A DNA stretch of 64,000 bases from an uncultured Gammaproteobacteria bacterium (lineage in GTDB: Bacteria; Pseudomonadota; Gammaproteobacteria; Arenicellales; Poriferihabitantaceae): assembly GCA_947259885.1 (NCBI GenBank), contig CAMYNW010000014.1, positions 993-64,992 on the forward strand. The letters run 5' to 3'. Below the pieces are notes generated by a model that worked only from the letters and a program-made list of their open reading frames with translations, made no database searches and was not told the DNA's origin. Shown here piece by piece: positions 19,603 to 29,214 of the stretch; within the stretch, counting starts at the first letter, position 1; every line of letters begins with the position of its first letter. The translations under genes were made by a program, and so were the position numbers.

Positions 19603-20712
19603 ATGAAAACAAGTGGACTTCGCATCGCAACCCGAAAAGGCCTCTTTTTCTCCTCTAAGAAAAACAACTGGAAGCTGGGCGAGCCAAGTTTTCTCGGCGA
19701 TAACTGCAGTGCGGTGCTACGCCATCCTGTATCCAATGCGATTTATGTCGCCCTTGATCATGGTCACTTCGGCGTCAAGCTGCATCGATCTCGAAATGAT
19801 GGGGAGTCGTTCTCGGAAACAGCCACGCCTGCTTACCCGCCACATGACGACGATGCAGAACCCTGGGTCGATATGATGGGCCGCACCATACCCGACTCGC
19901 TGCAGTTGATCTGGTGTTTGGAGTCGGGACACGCCGATCAGGGAGAAAGAATTTGGGCCGGCACAATTCCCGGTGGATTGTTTCGTTCTGATGACGGTGG
20001 CGACAGTTGGCAATTGATTGAAAGCCTTTGGGATGATCCACAAAGACGTAAATGGTTTGGTGGCGGAATGGATTTCCCGGGTATCCATTCGATACTCGTA
20101 CACCCCGAAAGGCCAGAAGACATCACCATTGCGGTATCCTGCGGCGGAATCTGGCACAGCGATGACGATGGTAATAGCTGGTCAAATATTGGCGAAGGCA
20201 TGGAGGCGCCTTACACACCGCCAGACGTCGCCAATGATCCTGGAATACAGGATGTGCATCGACTTACGCGATGCCGCAGCTATCCAGATCAAATGTGGCT
20301 GCAGCATCACGCGGGAATTTATCGATCTGAGGATGCCGGCAGTCACTGGCAACAAGTAGAGAACGTCAAACCCTCGAGCTTTGGATTCGCCGTGGCGGTG
20401 CACCCGCAAAATCCCGATACCGCCTGGTTTGTTCCAGAGATAAAGGACGAGCATCGAATTCCGGCGGATGGCAGGGTCGTGGTCAATCGCACTGATGACG
20501 GCGGTAAATCATTCTCCAGTTTTTCCAATGGCCTGCCAGGGCCAATGGCCTACGATCTCGTGTTCCGCCACGCCTTTGAAATTGATCAGAGAGGAGAAAT
20601 TCTCGCCATGGGCAGCACAACGGGTTCGCTCTGGGTCAGCGAAGACGGTGGTGAAAATTGGCAAACCATATCCAATCATTTACCGCCCATTTACGCGCTT
20701 CGATTCGAGTAG
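19603..20712 (+). CDS. BNR/Asp-box beta-propeller protein, cytoplasmic (sialidase-like fold)
   Basis: Six Asp-box repeats (SRNDGESF, SDDGGDSW, SDDDGNSW, SEDAGSHW, TDDGGKSF, SEDGGENW); no signal peptide. Likely ATG at 19603. Confidence 0.85.
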   Translation: MKTSGLRIATRKGLFFSSKKNNWKLGEPSFLGDNCSAVLRHPVSNAIYVALDHGHFGVKLHRSRNDGESFSETATPAYPPHDDDAEPWVDMMGRTIPDSLQLIWCLESGHADQGERIWAGTIPGGLFRSDDGGDSWQLIESLWDDPQRRKWFGGGMDFPGIHSILVHPERPEDITIAVSCGGIWHSDDDGNSWSNIGEGMEAPYTPPDVANDPGIQDVHRLTRCRSYPDQMWLQHHAGIYRSEDAGSHWQQVENVKPSSFGFAVAVHPQNPDTAWFVPEIKDEHRIPADGRVVVNRTDDGGKSFSSFSNGLPGPMAYDLVFRHAFEIDQRGEILAMGSTTGSLWVSEDGGENWQTISNHLPPIYALRFE

Positions 20713-20899
20713 CGAAATTGATGTATTGTTTGCACGAGTATTCCTGAATCGGGCCGTGCAATTGTTTCAGGATCTCCCGGTCGATATCGTGGTGTAGTCT
20801 CTTCTGTTGAAGAGCAAGGAATCCCTGGTTTGGGTCAGGATGACGTTGGGTGTTTAATCCAGCCTCTTTCAGTTTTCCCGGCTTTTCGGCTTTTCGACT

Positions 20900-21166
20900 T
20901 TATTTAGAAAGACGTTGAGTGATTCGGAGGTATGCTTCCTTAAGCTCTTCCCCCACTATCTTGGTCTTGGCTATAAATTCTTCGGAAGTTTCCTTTGTAT
21001 CATCTGCTATATCTGCTGCTTCGGCTCTAATATGTACCCACTTCTTCTCCGCCTTCTGAAATTCCTCTTTAGCTTCCATTGAAGCCAGATGCATCTGCAA
21101 ATTTAATTCATCGCGCTCAACCTTGAGTTTTTCCATTAAGTTTTCAAATTCTTCTTTAACTGACAT
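20900..21166 (-). CDS. Small coiled-coil hypothetical protein
   Basis: 88 aa, E/K-rich helical pattern (RDELNLQMHLASMEAKEEF...EKKW). Confidence 0.65.
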   Translation of the reverse strand: MSVKEEFENLMEKLKVERDELNLQMHLASMEAKEEFQKAEKKWVHIRAEAADIADDTKETSEEFIAKTKIVGEELKEAYLRITQRLSK

Positions 21167-21340
21167 GATATGTCTTACCTATATTTAGATTGTTTAAAAT
21201 AATGATATCAAGAATAAACATCCACGCTTAAATAAAATGTGGTCTTTATAACGCAGTATTCTGGATGTTAGTTCCTACACTCATCAGACAAATTTTCAGC
21301 GCCAGTGCGGGTACATGTCAATGATTAAACTATGCACTAT

Positions 21341-21853
21341 TTAAAATGAAATATCTTCATCTATGGCTTCTATTCCCGCTAACGCGCACAGATCATCTAG
21401 TTCACCACCTGGTGCGCCAGAAACGCCTATCGCGCCGACCAGCGAACCGCCTGCGTCAATGAGCATACCACCACCAATTATTAGTGCGTCGGTAACGTGT
21501 CGAATCCCGGCTTGTGGCTGCCCAGGGCCGGTGATTTCGAGTAAGTCGGTTGTATTAGTACGGAAGCTGGTCGCAGTCCAGGCCTTGCGCCTGGCTGTTT
21601 CGGGAGTATGCGCACCGGCGTAGCGATCGCGGATCATTACCTGCATATTACCCATTCGGTCAACTATTGCCACGGCTACCTGATAACCTTCAGTGCGGCA
21701 TTTTTCCAGTGCCGCCGTTGCCGCTTTGAGGGCAGTCTCCGGGGTTAAGTTTTTAGTCGTAAACAGCGCGTCTTCATCAGCACTGACCATGCCCGAAATC
21801 AGCATAGTGTTTAAAGTCAGTGCCGAAAGGATTCCAGCAATCTTCATCTGCAT
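21341..21853 (-). CDS. GlcG/HbpS-family exported heme-binding protein
   Basis: Signal peptide; VAVAIVDRMG, A..KAWTA, GGG..I, GAIGVSGAPGG..D..CA..G. Confidence 0.88.
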   Translation of the reverse strand: MQMKIAGILSALTLNTMLISGMVSADEDALFTTKNLTPETALKAATAALEKCRTEGYQVAVAIVDRMGNMQVMIRDRYAGAHTPETARRKAWTATSFRTNTTDLLEITGPGQPQAGIRHVTDALIIGGGMLIDAGGSLVGAIGVSGAPGGELDDLCALAGIEAIDEDISF

Positions 21854-22076
21854 TTCCTTCTAAAGTATATGATTAGAAAAGGATACACCTTGTGGCCGCT
21901 AAAAATGACTAAGTAAGCCATGTAGTTTGATCCATGTCAGATTACTGATGTAATCTGTTGCCATTCAGCTTGTTAGTTATTCATGCCATTATATTGGCGC
22001 CTGAACGCGTGACACGCAATCTGCCGCCGCAGATGGCAACTTCCGCGCATATAGCGTTAATCGTAATCGGGTTGGG

Positions 22077-22502
22077 CTATCCCTCTCTATTGGTGGAAAC
22101 GGATACCTCACCAATCGCAGGATCTACTGTGACGATATCACCGGTTTGAATCAGGGTCGTGACATCGCCGTCTTCGAATCGGTCGCAAAGCGCCATATTC
22201 GCAAGTGCTCCGCCCTGGGCTAGGATTGGATTGACCCGGTTAAATAATATCGCTTTCGGTGCGATGCCTCTCGACCTCATTTCATGCAACATCCAGGCGC
22301 TGGCGACGCCGCCTTTGGCGGTGTTCACGACAAGGATCTTATCGACATAGCTTTCGCCAGCCAGTTTGTGCTGCGGGCGTGAAAAAATACCTTTGATTCG
22401 ATCTAAGTCATAGCGGGCGGAAAAATTATCATCGGTCACCAATGCCTCACCGGTAACTCTTGGGCCGACGCCAACGTGGCACTTCAACAGGCGTGTAGTC
22501 AT
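22077..22502 (-). CDS. Aconitase X small (swivel) subunit, DUF126
   Basis: GEALVT, H.LAGES..DKILV, APKAILF, IQTGD.V.VD; 1-nt overlap with the large subunit. Confidence 0.85.
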   Translation of the reverse strand: MTTRLLKCHVGVGPRVTGEALVTDDNFSARYDLDRIKGIFSRPQHKLAGESYVDKILVVNTAKGGVASAWMLHEMRSRGIAPKAILFNRVNPILAQGGALANMALCDRFEDGDVTTLIQTGDIVTVDPAIGEVSVSTNREG

Positions 22503-23746
22503 TAGACAATCTCCCCTGCAACAGCGGATTCAACGCAACTCTTCATTGTCGCAAGCGCCGGCTTATAACCGTAGCCTCCGATAATGTTCACAAGTTTTGC
22601 GGAATTACTCAGCAACGTACTCCAACCGTTGGCTTCTCCCATTTCCCTGGCGTAGCTCTGGTAAAAGCACATTCCTTGCAGCACCTTACCTCCAGAATTT
22701 TCGATTCTTGAAGAAATGCCCAGGCGTCGTGCGTCGGCGGCGACTGCGGGTGAGGTTACTGCAAGCAGCGTTGTGTCAGGATGTATTTTCTTACCTTCAA
22801 GTAACGATGCCAATTCGCTCATTTCGATAATAGAGAGCTGAGGGGCGGAAAAGACCACCACATCTACCTTATCTCCCTTGCCACCATAGGACCCAAAGAA
22901 TGATTCAAAGTCGGAAGCGGCAATAACTTTGCGAGGCAGTTCTTCCGGGTCACAAACAGCGGACAGTGAGGGGGCTTCTGGCGTAACACCAACCATGTGA
23001 AATAGCGGGACCGATCCGAAGCTGGCAATTGCCGCACCCATATGCTTGAGGTCGTCGGAGCCAGGGGCCCGATCGATGCCTTCTATCACCGGCACGTCCC
23101 AGTATGATCCGGTATGTTTACCGATTAGCGCGCCCAGCGCTCCCCATTCGACCAGATTGTCTGGCAGGTATTCGACCGAAAAGCGTAAAGTGGCGCGTCG
23201 ATTATGATCCAGATGCATACCGTAACGTGGCGCGCGGCCAGTGAGTCCGGCTGCGAGAGCGGAAGGCCCTCCCTCGAAATTAGAGTATGCGCCCAGCACA
23301 CTGTTGCAGTAGATCACCACACCCGTGTCGCCATAGGCCAGATGTTCGCCCCGGACCGGCGGCATGATGGTCTGGTAGTTAATACAGGTATCCGTCATCA
23401 AGATACCGAGAGATTGAAAGGCGTCGATGGCACGTCGCTCAAGATTTGCCATCTCGTCGGTCTGATTGAGGGCTTTGTAGTGATCAAAGTCGATTCCCCT
23501 GGGATCGGTAATCATGGGAATCTGAACCGTTCTCTCCTGTTTCGCATAGCTGGCCAGCTTTTCAACAAACTCAACCCCGGCAATTCCGAGGGATTCGGTG
23601 TCAGCCATCATGTGGGCCTGGCTGACTTCGACAAAGTCTTCGGCATCAAAAAAGTTTCCGACCTGGATCATATGCTCCATCGCCCATTGGCGCGGGTAAC
23701 CCCCATCGCCATTCAGCATGGCTTGCTCTATTTTCGAAATCCTCAT
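22502..23746 (-). CDS. Aconitase X large (catalytic) subunit, DUF521
   Basis: EQAMLNG, TC, NSVLGA.SN.EGGPSALAAGLTGR.P.YG.H...NR, LKH.GAA.AS.G...LFH.VG.TPEA, NSAK. Confidence 0.88.
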   Translation of the reverse strand: MRISKIEQAMLNGDGGYPRQWAMEHMIQVGNFFDAEDFVEVSQAHMMADTESLGIAGVEFVEKLASYAKQERTVQIPMITDPRGIDFDHYKALNQTDEMANLERRAIDAFQSLGILMTDTCINYQTIMPPVRGEHLAYGDTGVVIYCNSVLGAYSNFEGGPSALAAGLTGRAPRYGMHLDHNRRATLRFSVEYLPDNLVEWGALGALIGKHTGSYWDVPVIEGIDRAPGSDDLKHMGAAIASFGSVPLFHMVGVTPEAPSLSAVCDPEELPRKVIAASDFESFFGSYGGKGDKVDVVVFSAPQLSIIEMSELASLLEGKKIHPDTTLLAVTSPAVAADARRLGISSRIENSGGKVLQGMCFYQSYAREMGEANGWSTLLSNSAKLVNIIGGYGYKPALATMKSCVESAVAGEIV

Positions 23747-23828
23747 TTAATCATTAAGTTATAAGATAAATCTAAACTGGCTATTAGTTGAATTTGCTTG
23801 GGTAAATTCGAGGCCACTGAACCAGAGT

Positions 23829-24614
23829 TCAGACCTTCCACGGCGCCGGCTGTTTATCAAAGAACGCCTTGATACCCGACTGGGCTTCCTCGCCTTCCCA
23901 GCAGTCCGCCAGCAATGCCGACGTGTGGTCGCGGATCTGATCCGGTGTTCGGGTGCTGACATGCCGAATCAATTCTTTGGTCATGGCTACCGCCTCTGGC
24001 GCGCAATCCAGTAGCTCTTTGATTTCGACAGCAATTGCGTCATCCAATTGGTCCGCGGCCACTACTTTGTCCAGAAGGCCGAGAGTCGCTGCCTCTTCGC
24101 CACTAAAGAAATGCGCGTTTAAAAAAGTGCGCCGTGCGTTTCGAACGCCAATTCGACCAATTAGATAAGGGGAGATGTTCGCCGGGGTGAGTCCGAGACG
24201 CACTTCTGTTACTGAGAACCTGGCTTCAGGTATGCCGATGGCAATGTCACACACTGAAATCAGCCCAATACCCCCTGCGTAGGCCTGGCCATTCACTTTT
24301 GCGATCAGCGGTTTGTTGAGTCGGTCCAGAGCTTGCAACATGTCAGCAAGGATTTCGCTCTCGGCAATTCTCTCTTCTCTACTACGCTCAAAGTTCTCCC
24401 GCATCCACCCGAGGTCAGCGCCGGCGCAGAAGCTTTTACCTGCGCCTGTAATGACCACACCGCGGACCTGGTGGTCCTGGTCAAGTGCAGCGGCAGTCGC
24501 GGTGATCTCCCGCATCATTTGCGAGCTCATAGCGTTATGTTTATCCGGTCGATTAAGCGTTAAGGTGGCGATGCCACGCTCATCGACATCGATTGTGATG
24601 GTCTGGTAATTCAT
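23829..24614 (-). CDS. Crotonase-family enoyl-CoA hydratase, methylglutaconyl-CoA hydratase (LiuC)-like
   Basis: LNRPDKHNA, FCAGADLGWM, AGGIGL (first Glu absent), TEVRLGL.PA.ISPY. Likely ATG at 24614. Confidence 0.8.
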   Translation of the reverse strand: MNYQTITIDVDERGIATLTLNRPDKHNAMSSQMMREITATAAALDQDHQVRGVVITGAGKSFCAGADLGWMRENFERSREERIAESEILADMLQALDRLNKPLIAKVNGQAYAGGIGLISVCDIAIGIPEARFSVTEVRLGLTPANISPYLIGRIGVRNARRTFLNAHFFSGEEAATLGLLDKVVAADQLDDAIAVEIKELLDCAPEAVAMTKELIRHVSTRTPDQIRDHTSALLADCWEGEEAQSGIKAFFDKQPAPWKV

Positions 24615-24616
24615 GG

Positions 24617-25696
24617 TTACTGTTCTCTCCACTTGGGAATCTGGGTGGGTTCAAGATCTTGGAGCGTATTGTCGTTACGGCAGGATTTGCGATCAATTTT
24701 TCCGGGATACGCCATACTGTAATTCTGAGTGAGTCCTCTCGCCGCAGTCTGGGGGTGATCGAATATTTCACTGGGAAGCGGAATTGGCTCGAAACAACAA
24801 TCAACTTTTTCGAAGAGTTTGCACCAATTTGCAAGCGTATCATTTTTAATTAGAGATCGAACTTCATCAATCAACGCCTGCTGAGGATAAGTTTCGTATT
24901 GACGGGAAATCCAGTCTGTTTTGCCGAGCGCCTGGCAAAAATTTACCCAGAACTTTTCTTCCAAAGCACCGAGAGTAACGTGACGGCCATCGAGGGTTTG
25001 ATAAATGTTATAGCAGGCCGCGCCGCCGGTCAGCAAAGTCAATTCAGTGTTGACCTGATTTTGTACATTACCAATAGCTGGATACTGCCAGCCGAGAATT
25101 GCCTCGTATAGAGCGATATCGAGATAAGAGCCCTGCCCCGTTTTCAAGCGCGAAACGAGAGCCGCCAGAATCGCATTCACCGCATTCATGCTGCCGGAAT
25201 GGTCTGCTACAAGGGGAAACATTGGTTTTGGGTCTTCAATAAAACTTAAAAATCCAGCGGCTGCACAATAATTGATGTCGTGACCTGCAGCGTTCAGGGA
25301 AGGCCCGTCCTGTCCATATCCGGTTAAAGAGCAATAGACCAGGCCAGGATTAAGCTGGTGACAGCGGGTTTCGCTCAAGCCTAATCGATTCATCACACCA
25401 GGCCGGAAGGATTCGAGGAGTACATCCGCTGACTTAATTAAGGGTTCGAGGTCGCGCACAACGCTCTTGTCTTTAAGGTTGAGTCGCGCGATCTGTTTAC
25501 CCTTGTTGAGAAACTGATAGATGGACGATAGGAGTTCTGGGCCGGTATGAAACATCCCTCGCATGGGATCTCCGTTGGGTGCTTCGATTTTAATCACTTC
25601 CGCACCTAAGTCACAAAGCAGACGGGTGGCATAAGGCCCTGGTGCGTACTGGGTAAAGTCGAGTACCCGAATCCCCTCAAGTAATGATTGTTCCAC
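24617..25696 (-). CDS. CaiB/BaiF family III CoA-transferase / alpha-methylacyl-CoA racemase-like
   Basis: LEGIRVLDF..PGP, DLGAEVIKIE, ESFRPGV..RLG, GYGQDGP, GHDINY, ADH, GALE.KFW. Confidence 0.88.
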   Translation of the reverse strand: MEQSLLEGIRVLDFTQYAPGPYATRLLCDLGAEVIKIEAPNGDPMRGMFHTGPELLSSIYQFLNKGKQIARLNLKDKSVVRDLEPLIKSADVLLESFRPGVMNRLGLSETRCHQLNPGLVYCSLTGYGQDGPSLNAAGHDINYCAAAGFLSFIEDPKPMFPLVADHSGSMNAVNAILAALVSRLKTGQGSYLDIALYEAILGWQYPAIGNVQNQVNTELTLLTGGAACYNIYQTLDGRHVTLGALEEKFWVNFCQALGKTDWISRQYETYPQQALIDEVRSLIKNDTLANWCKLFEKVDCCFEPIPLPSEIFDHPQTAARGLTQNYSMAYPGKIDRKSCRNDNTLQDLEPTQIPKWREQ

Positions 25697-25703
25697 GGAA
25701 CAT

Positions 25704-26939
25704 TTAGTCGTACTTACGAATATCTTCGATCACGATGCCGTCGTTGGGTAGGCTGCCGCGCTCAACCAGCTCGACGTTTCCCCCGACCTTGCAGAAATCA
25801 CGCACTGACTGACCGATCTGTTCGATCAAGTGCTCATCAGATTGATCAGACTCGCATCTCAATGTCATGGCGTCTTTTTGATCCACCCATTCGACCATCA
25901 ATCGGGCACGTGCTATTTCGGGATGTTTGTGGACGATTTGCTGAATCTGTTCTGGGTGAATAAACATGCCCTTAACCTTAGCCGTCTGGTCAGCACGTCC
26001 CATCCATCCCGCAATCCGCTTGTTGGTTCGTCCACATGGGCTCTCGCCAGCGAGCATTGCCGACAAATCTCCGGTGGCAAATCGAATCAACGGATAGTCC
26101 GGATTGAGGGTGGTGACCACCACCTCGCCAACTTCGCCGTCCGGCACGCGCTCTCCTGTACCTGGTCTGACAATCTCGATATACACATCTTCATCTACAA
26201 TTAATCCTGAATCAGTGCAGGATTCGTAAGCGATTAAACCGAGGTCGGCGGTACCATAACACTGCAGTGCATGGATGCCTTTCTCAGCCAGCAGCTTTCT
26301 AGTGGATGGGGGGAAGGCTTCACCGGAAACCATCGCTTTATTGATGCTGCTTATGTCCTTTCTCAGCTCTTCAGCCTTCTCCAGCAGGATTTTCAGAAAT
26401 GACGGCGTACCGCTGTAGCCGACTGGTTTTAAAGCGGCGATAGCATCGAGCTGTTGTTCAGTCTGGCCAACGCCGCCGGGAAAAACTGCTGCGCCCAGTG
26501 CGTGGCAAGCGGAGTCGAACATCGCTCCAGCAGGAGTCATGTGATAAGAGAAAGAATTTATCAGCAGGTCACCCGCGCGAATGCCGGTGGCATAAAGAAA
26601 GCGTGCGAATCGCCAATAATCGGCCCGATGTGTTTGTGGCTCATAGATTGGGCCGGGAGAAGAAAATACATACTTGAGCTCTCCTTGCTTAAACGCGGCA
26701 TAACCTCCAAAAGGTGGCGACTCGGCCAGCAGTTCAACAAGCGCTGACTTGCGTGTGACCGGGAGTTTGATAAGGTCGTCGAGTGAAGTGAATTCCTCGA
26801 CGGTAATATCGGCGTATAGATGGTTATATGCAGGTGCGTTGGACTTGGCGTGGACAAGCTGTGAAATGATGTCCGCCGTTAGTTCCGTTGTCCGTTTTTC
26901 ATCAAGGCGGGTTTCCCGCTCATCATAATACTCGCTCAT
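25704..26939 (-). CDS. Phenylacetate-CoA ligase family protein
   Basis: SPGPIYEP, FSYH.TPAG, GTPSFL, YGTADLG, YPLIRFATGD, GRADQ..KVKG. Confidence 0.88.
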   Translation of the reverse strand: MSEYYDERETRLDEKRTTELTADIISQLVHAKSNAPAYNHLYADITVEEFTSLDDLIKLPVTRKSALVELLAESPPFGGYAAFKQGELKYVFSSPGPIYEPQTHRADYWRFARFLYATGIRAGDLLINSFSYHMTPAGAMFDSACHALGAAVFPGGVGQTEQQLDAIAALKPVGYSGTPSFLKILLEKAEELRKDISSINKAMVSGEAFPPSTRKLLAEKGIHALQCYGTADLGLIAYESCTDSGLIVDEDVYIEIVRPGTGERVPDGEVGEVVVTTLNPDYPLIRFATGDLSAMLAGESPCGRTNKRIAGWMGRADQTAKVKGMFIHPEQIQQIVHKHPEIARARLMVEWVDQKDAMTLRCESDQSDEHLIEQIGQSVRDFCKVGGNVELVERGSLPNDGIVIEDIRKYD

Positions 26940-26966
26940 CGAGTCCCCTGGTCATTGTTTGATTGA

Positions 26967-27779
26967 TTAAGCAAGCCAGCGTTTTCTGCGGCGATAGTGT
27001 TTGACATCCCGAAAGCTTTTTCTGTCTCCGCCGCTCATGCCCAGATAAAATTCTTTAACGTCTTCGTTCTCCGCAAGCATTGCCGCATCACCATCCATAA
27101 CTACCCGGCCATTTTCGAGAATATAGCCGTAGGTGGCATAACGCAGTGCTACGTTCGTATTTTGTTCCGCCAGCAGGAAAGTTACACCCTCCTTTTCATT
27201 CAACGCTTTTACGATTTGAAAGATCTCTTCGACAAGCTGCGGGGCAAGCCCCATAGAGGGTTCGTCAAGGAGTATGACGCTCGGCTTTGCCATCAGCGCT
27301 CGGCCCACGGCGATCATCTGTTGCTCTCCGCCGGATGTATATCCAGCCTGGCTCCTGCGGCGCTCTTTGAGTCGAGGGAAATAGCTGTAAACCATCTCGA
27401 GATCATCCTGCACTTCTTTACGTGCTGCCCTGCGCGTATAGGCGCCAGTCAGTAAATTCTCTTCTACGGTCAGATGTTCGAAACAGTGACGCCCCTCCAT
27501 GACCTGCACTACTCCCCGTTTGACCAGTTCATTCGGCCCCAGGGATTCGACCCGCTCTCCAAGAAATTCGATAGAACCTTTAGTGACTTCTCCTCTCTCG
27601 GTGCCGAGAATGTTCGATATGGATTTAATTGTCGTGGTCTTGCCAGCGCCATTGGCGCCCAGAAGCGCCACGATCCCTCCCTTTGGAACATCCAGCGATA
27701 CACCTTTCAACACCAGTATGACGTGATCATAGATCACCTCTATGTTCTTGACGCTCAGAACAGGTTCTTGGTTACTCAC
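26967..27779 (-). CDS. Liv-type ABC transporter ATP-binding subunit (LivF-like)
   Basis: GANGAGKT, SGGEQQM, LLDEPSMGLAP, EQN. Confidence 0.92.
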   Translation of the reverse strand: MSNQEPVLSVKNIEVIYDHVILVLKGVSLDVPKGGIVALLGANGAGKTTTIKSISNILGTERGEVTKGSIEFLGERVESLGPNELVKRGVVQVMEGRHCFEHLTVEENLLTGAYTRRAARKEVQDDLEMVYSYFPRLKERRRSQAGYTSGGEQQMIAVGRALMAKPSVILLDEPSMGLAPQLVEEIFQIVKALNEKEGVTFLLAEQNTNVALRYATYGYILENGRVVMDGDAAMLAENEDVKEFYLGMSGGDRKSFRDVKHYRRRKRWLA

Positions 27780-27816
27780 GGTTTATCGTGTTTGTTATAT
27801 AAAGTTAATACCAAAT

Positions 27817-27854
27817 AAAGCAGGCGGCCACCGGTGACGATGACCGCCCGCTTT
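27817..27854 (-). terminator. Stem-loop just downstream of the substrate-binding protein gene
   Basis: Minus strand AAAGCGGGCGGTCA-loop-TGGCCGCCTGCTTT (two G-U pairs), followed by ATTT. Confidence 0.55.
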
Positions 27855-27865
27855 CTGGCTTAATA

Positions 27866-29161
27866 TTAGCCGCAGGTGCGAGGAGTAATACTGTTCTCCG
27901 CAGCGTAGGCCGCGGAGTCTTCCATAATCAATGCATCGACAACCTCTCGATCAGCACCGGTGTAATCCGTTATCAGAGACCAAGTCTTAGCCCCTGCATC
28001 CCACTGCATGATCGCAGCTTGACCAGGGCCGCCGTGGCTATCACAGCTGACGTTGATATCAGGGCCAAAATTAGGCAGCCCAATTTCGGCCATTCGCGCC
28101 TGATCAATCTTAAGTGCTTCCATCCCGTCCCGCATCTGAGCTGAGGTTATATTGCTCACGCCGTGAATCTCTTGCGCAGTGCGAGCGGCTTCGGATGCCA
28201 GCATGGCGGCGTACATTCCTCGGTTGTACAGCACAGTACCCAGGTTAGAACCGTCTCCTGCCGCCTTGCCTGCGTCCACTACGTGCTTCTGCAGATCATC
28301 GTAAAGAGGAAAACCCTTACCTACGCCGTGGAAATTGATGGCTTTGTATCCGTTCGCACCATCGCCAGCCGGCAGCACATCGTTTTCCGATGCCGACCAC
28401 CACACACCAATAAAGTGATCCATCGGGAAGCGGGTATTGGCTGCTTCCTGGACCGCCACCTGGTTCATAACGCCCCAGCCCCACATCAGAACATAGTCAG
28501 GGCGTTCGCGGCGAATCTGCAGCCACTGCGACTTCTGTTCCTGTCCGGGGTGATCCACCGCCAGCAGGGTCAGGTTGAAACCATGTTTCTTGGCCAGTTC
28601 CTCCAGGGTGCGGATCGGCTCTTTACCATATGCAGAGTTGTGATAGACCAGTGCGATGGTTTTACCGTTTACATCACCGCCTTCCTGATCAAGGATATGT
28701 TTAACGATGATTGACGCCGCGTCCCAGTATGTGCCGGGGTAGTTAAAGATGTGGCTGAACACCTTGCCGTTGGCGGCAGAAGTACGACCATAACCCATTG
28801 AATGCACCGGAATATCGTCCGCGGTAGCCTTAGGAATTAACTGGTATGTGATGCCAGTAGACAATGGCTGATAGACCAGTGCGCCCTGACCTTTGGTGGA
28901 TTCATAACACTCAACACCTTTCTCCGTGTTGTATCCAGTCTCACATTCTATAAAGTTAATTTTTTCCCCACCAATTCCCCCGTCACGCTCGTTGAGCAGG
29001 GTGAAATAATCGGCGTAGCCATCGGCGAAGGGAATGCCGTTTGGTGCGTAAGGACCGGTACGGTAGCTGAGAGACGGAAAGGTCAGGTCAGCGGAGACAG
29101 CACCGGCTCCCAGCGCCATGGCTGCGGCGAGAGAAGCAGCGATTAAAGATTTAAGTTTCAT
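27866..29161 (-). CDS. ABC transporter substrate-binding protein, Liv/PBP type 1
   Basis: Signal peptide; YRTGPYA, CETGY, GYGR, YHNSAYGKEP, WGWGVM. Confidence 0.9.
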   Translation of the reverse strand: MKLKSLIAASLAAAMALGAGAVSADLTFPSLSYRTGPYAPNGIPFADGYADYFTLLNERDGGIGGEKINFIECETGYNTEKGVECYESTKGQGALVYQPLSTGITYQLIPKATADDIPVHSMGYGRTSAANGKVFSHIFNYPGTYWDAASIIVKHILDQEGGDVNGKTIALVYHNSAYGKEPIRTLEELAKKHGFNLTLLAVDHPGQEQKSQWLQIRRERPDYVLMWGWGVMNQVAVQEAANTRFPMDHFIGVWWSASENDVLPAGDGANGYKAINFHGVGKGFPLYDDLQKHVVDAGKAAGDGSNLGTVLYNRGMYAAMLASEAARTAQEIHGVSNITSAQMRDGMEALKIDQARMAEIGLPNFGPDINVSCDSHGGPGQAAIMQWDAGAKTWSLITDYTGADREVVDALIMEDSAAYAAENSITPRTCG

Positions 29162-29214
29162 TTATTAACTCCAAAGTGTTTATGTTAAAAATAATTAATC
29201 CGTACTAACCTTGA

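Noticed and set aside
19603-20712. Calling the propeller a sialidase
   Set aside because: Asp-boxes are structural; there is no signal peptide, no N-terminal FRIP motif and no sugar-utilisation context.
22077-24614. AcnX plus LiuC-like hydratase as an archaeal-type mevalonate pathway
   Set aside because: No HMG-CoA reductase, mevalonate kinase, UbiD/UbiX or isopentenyl phosphate kinase in the window, and the AcnX motifs differ from the archaeal enzyme.
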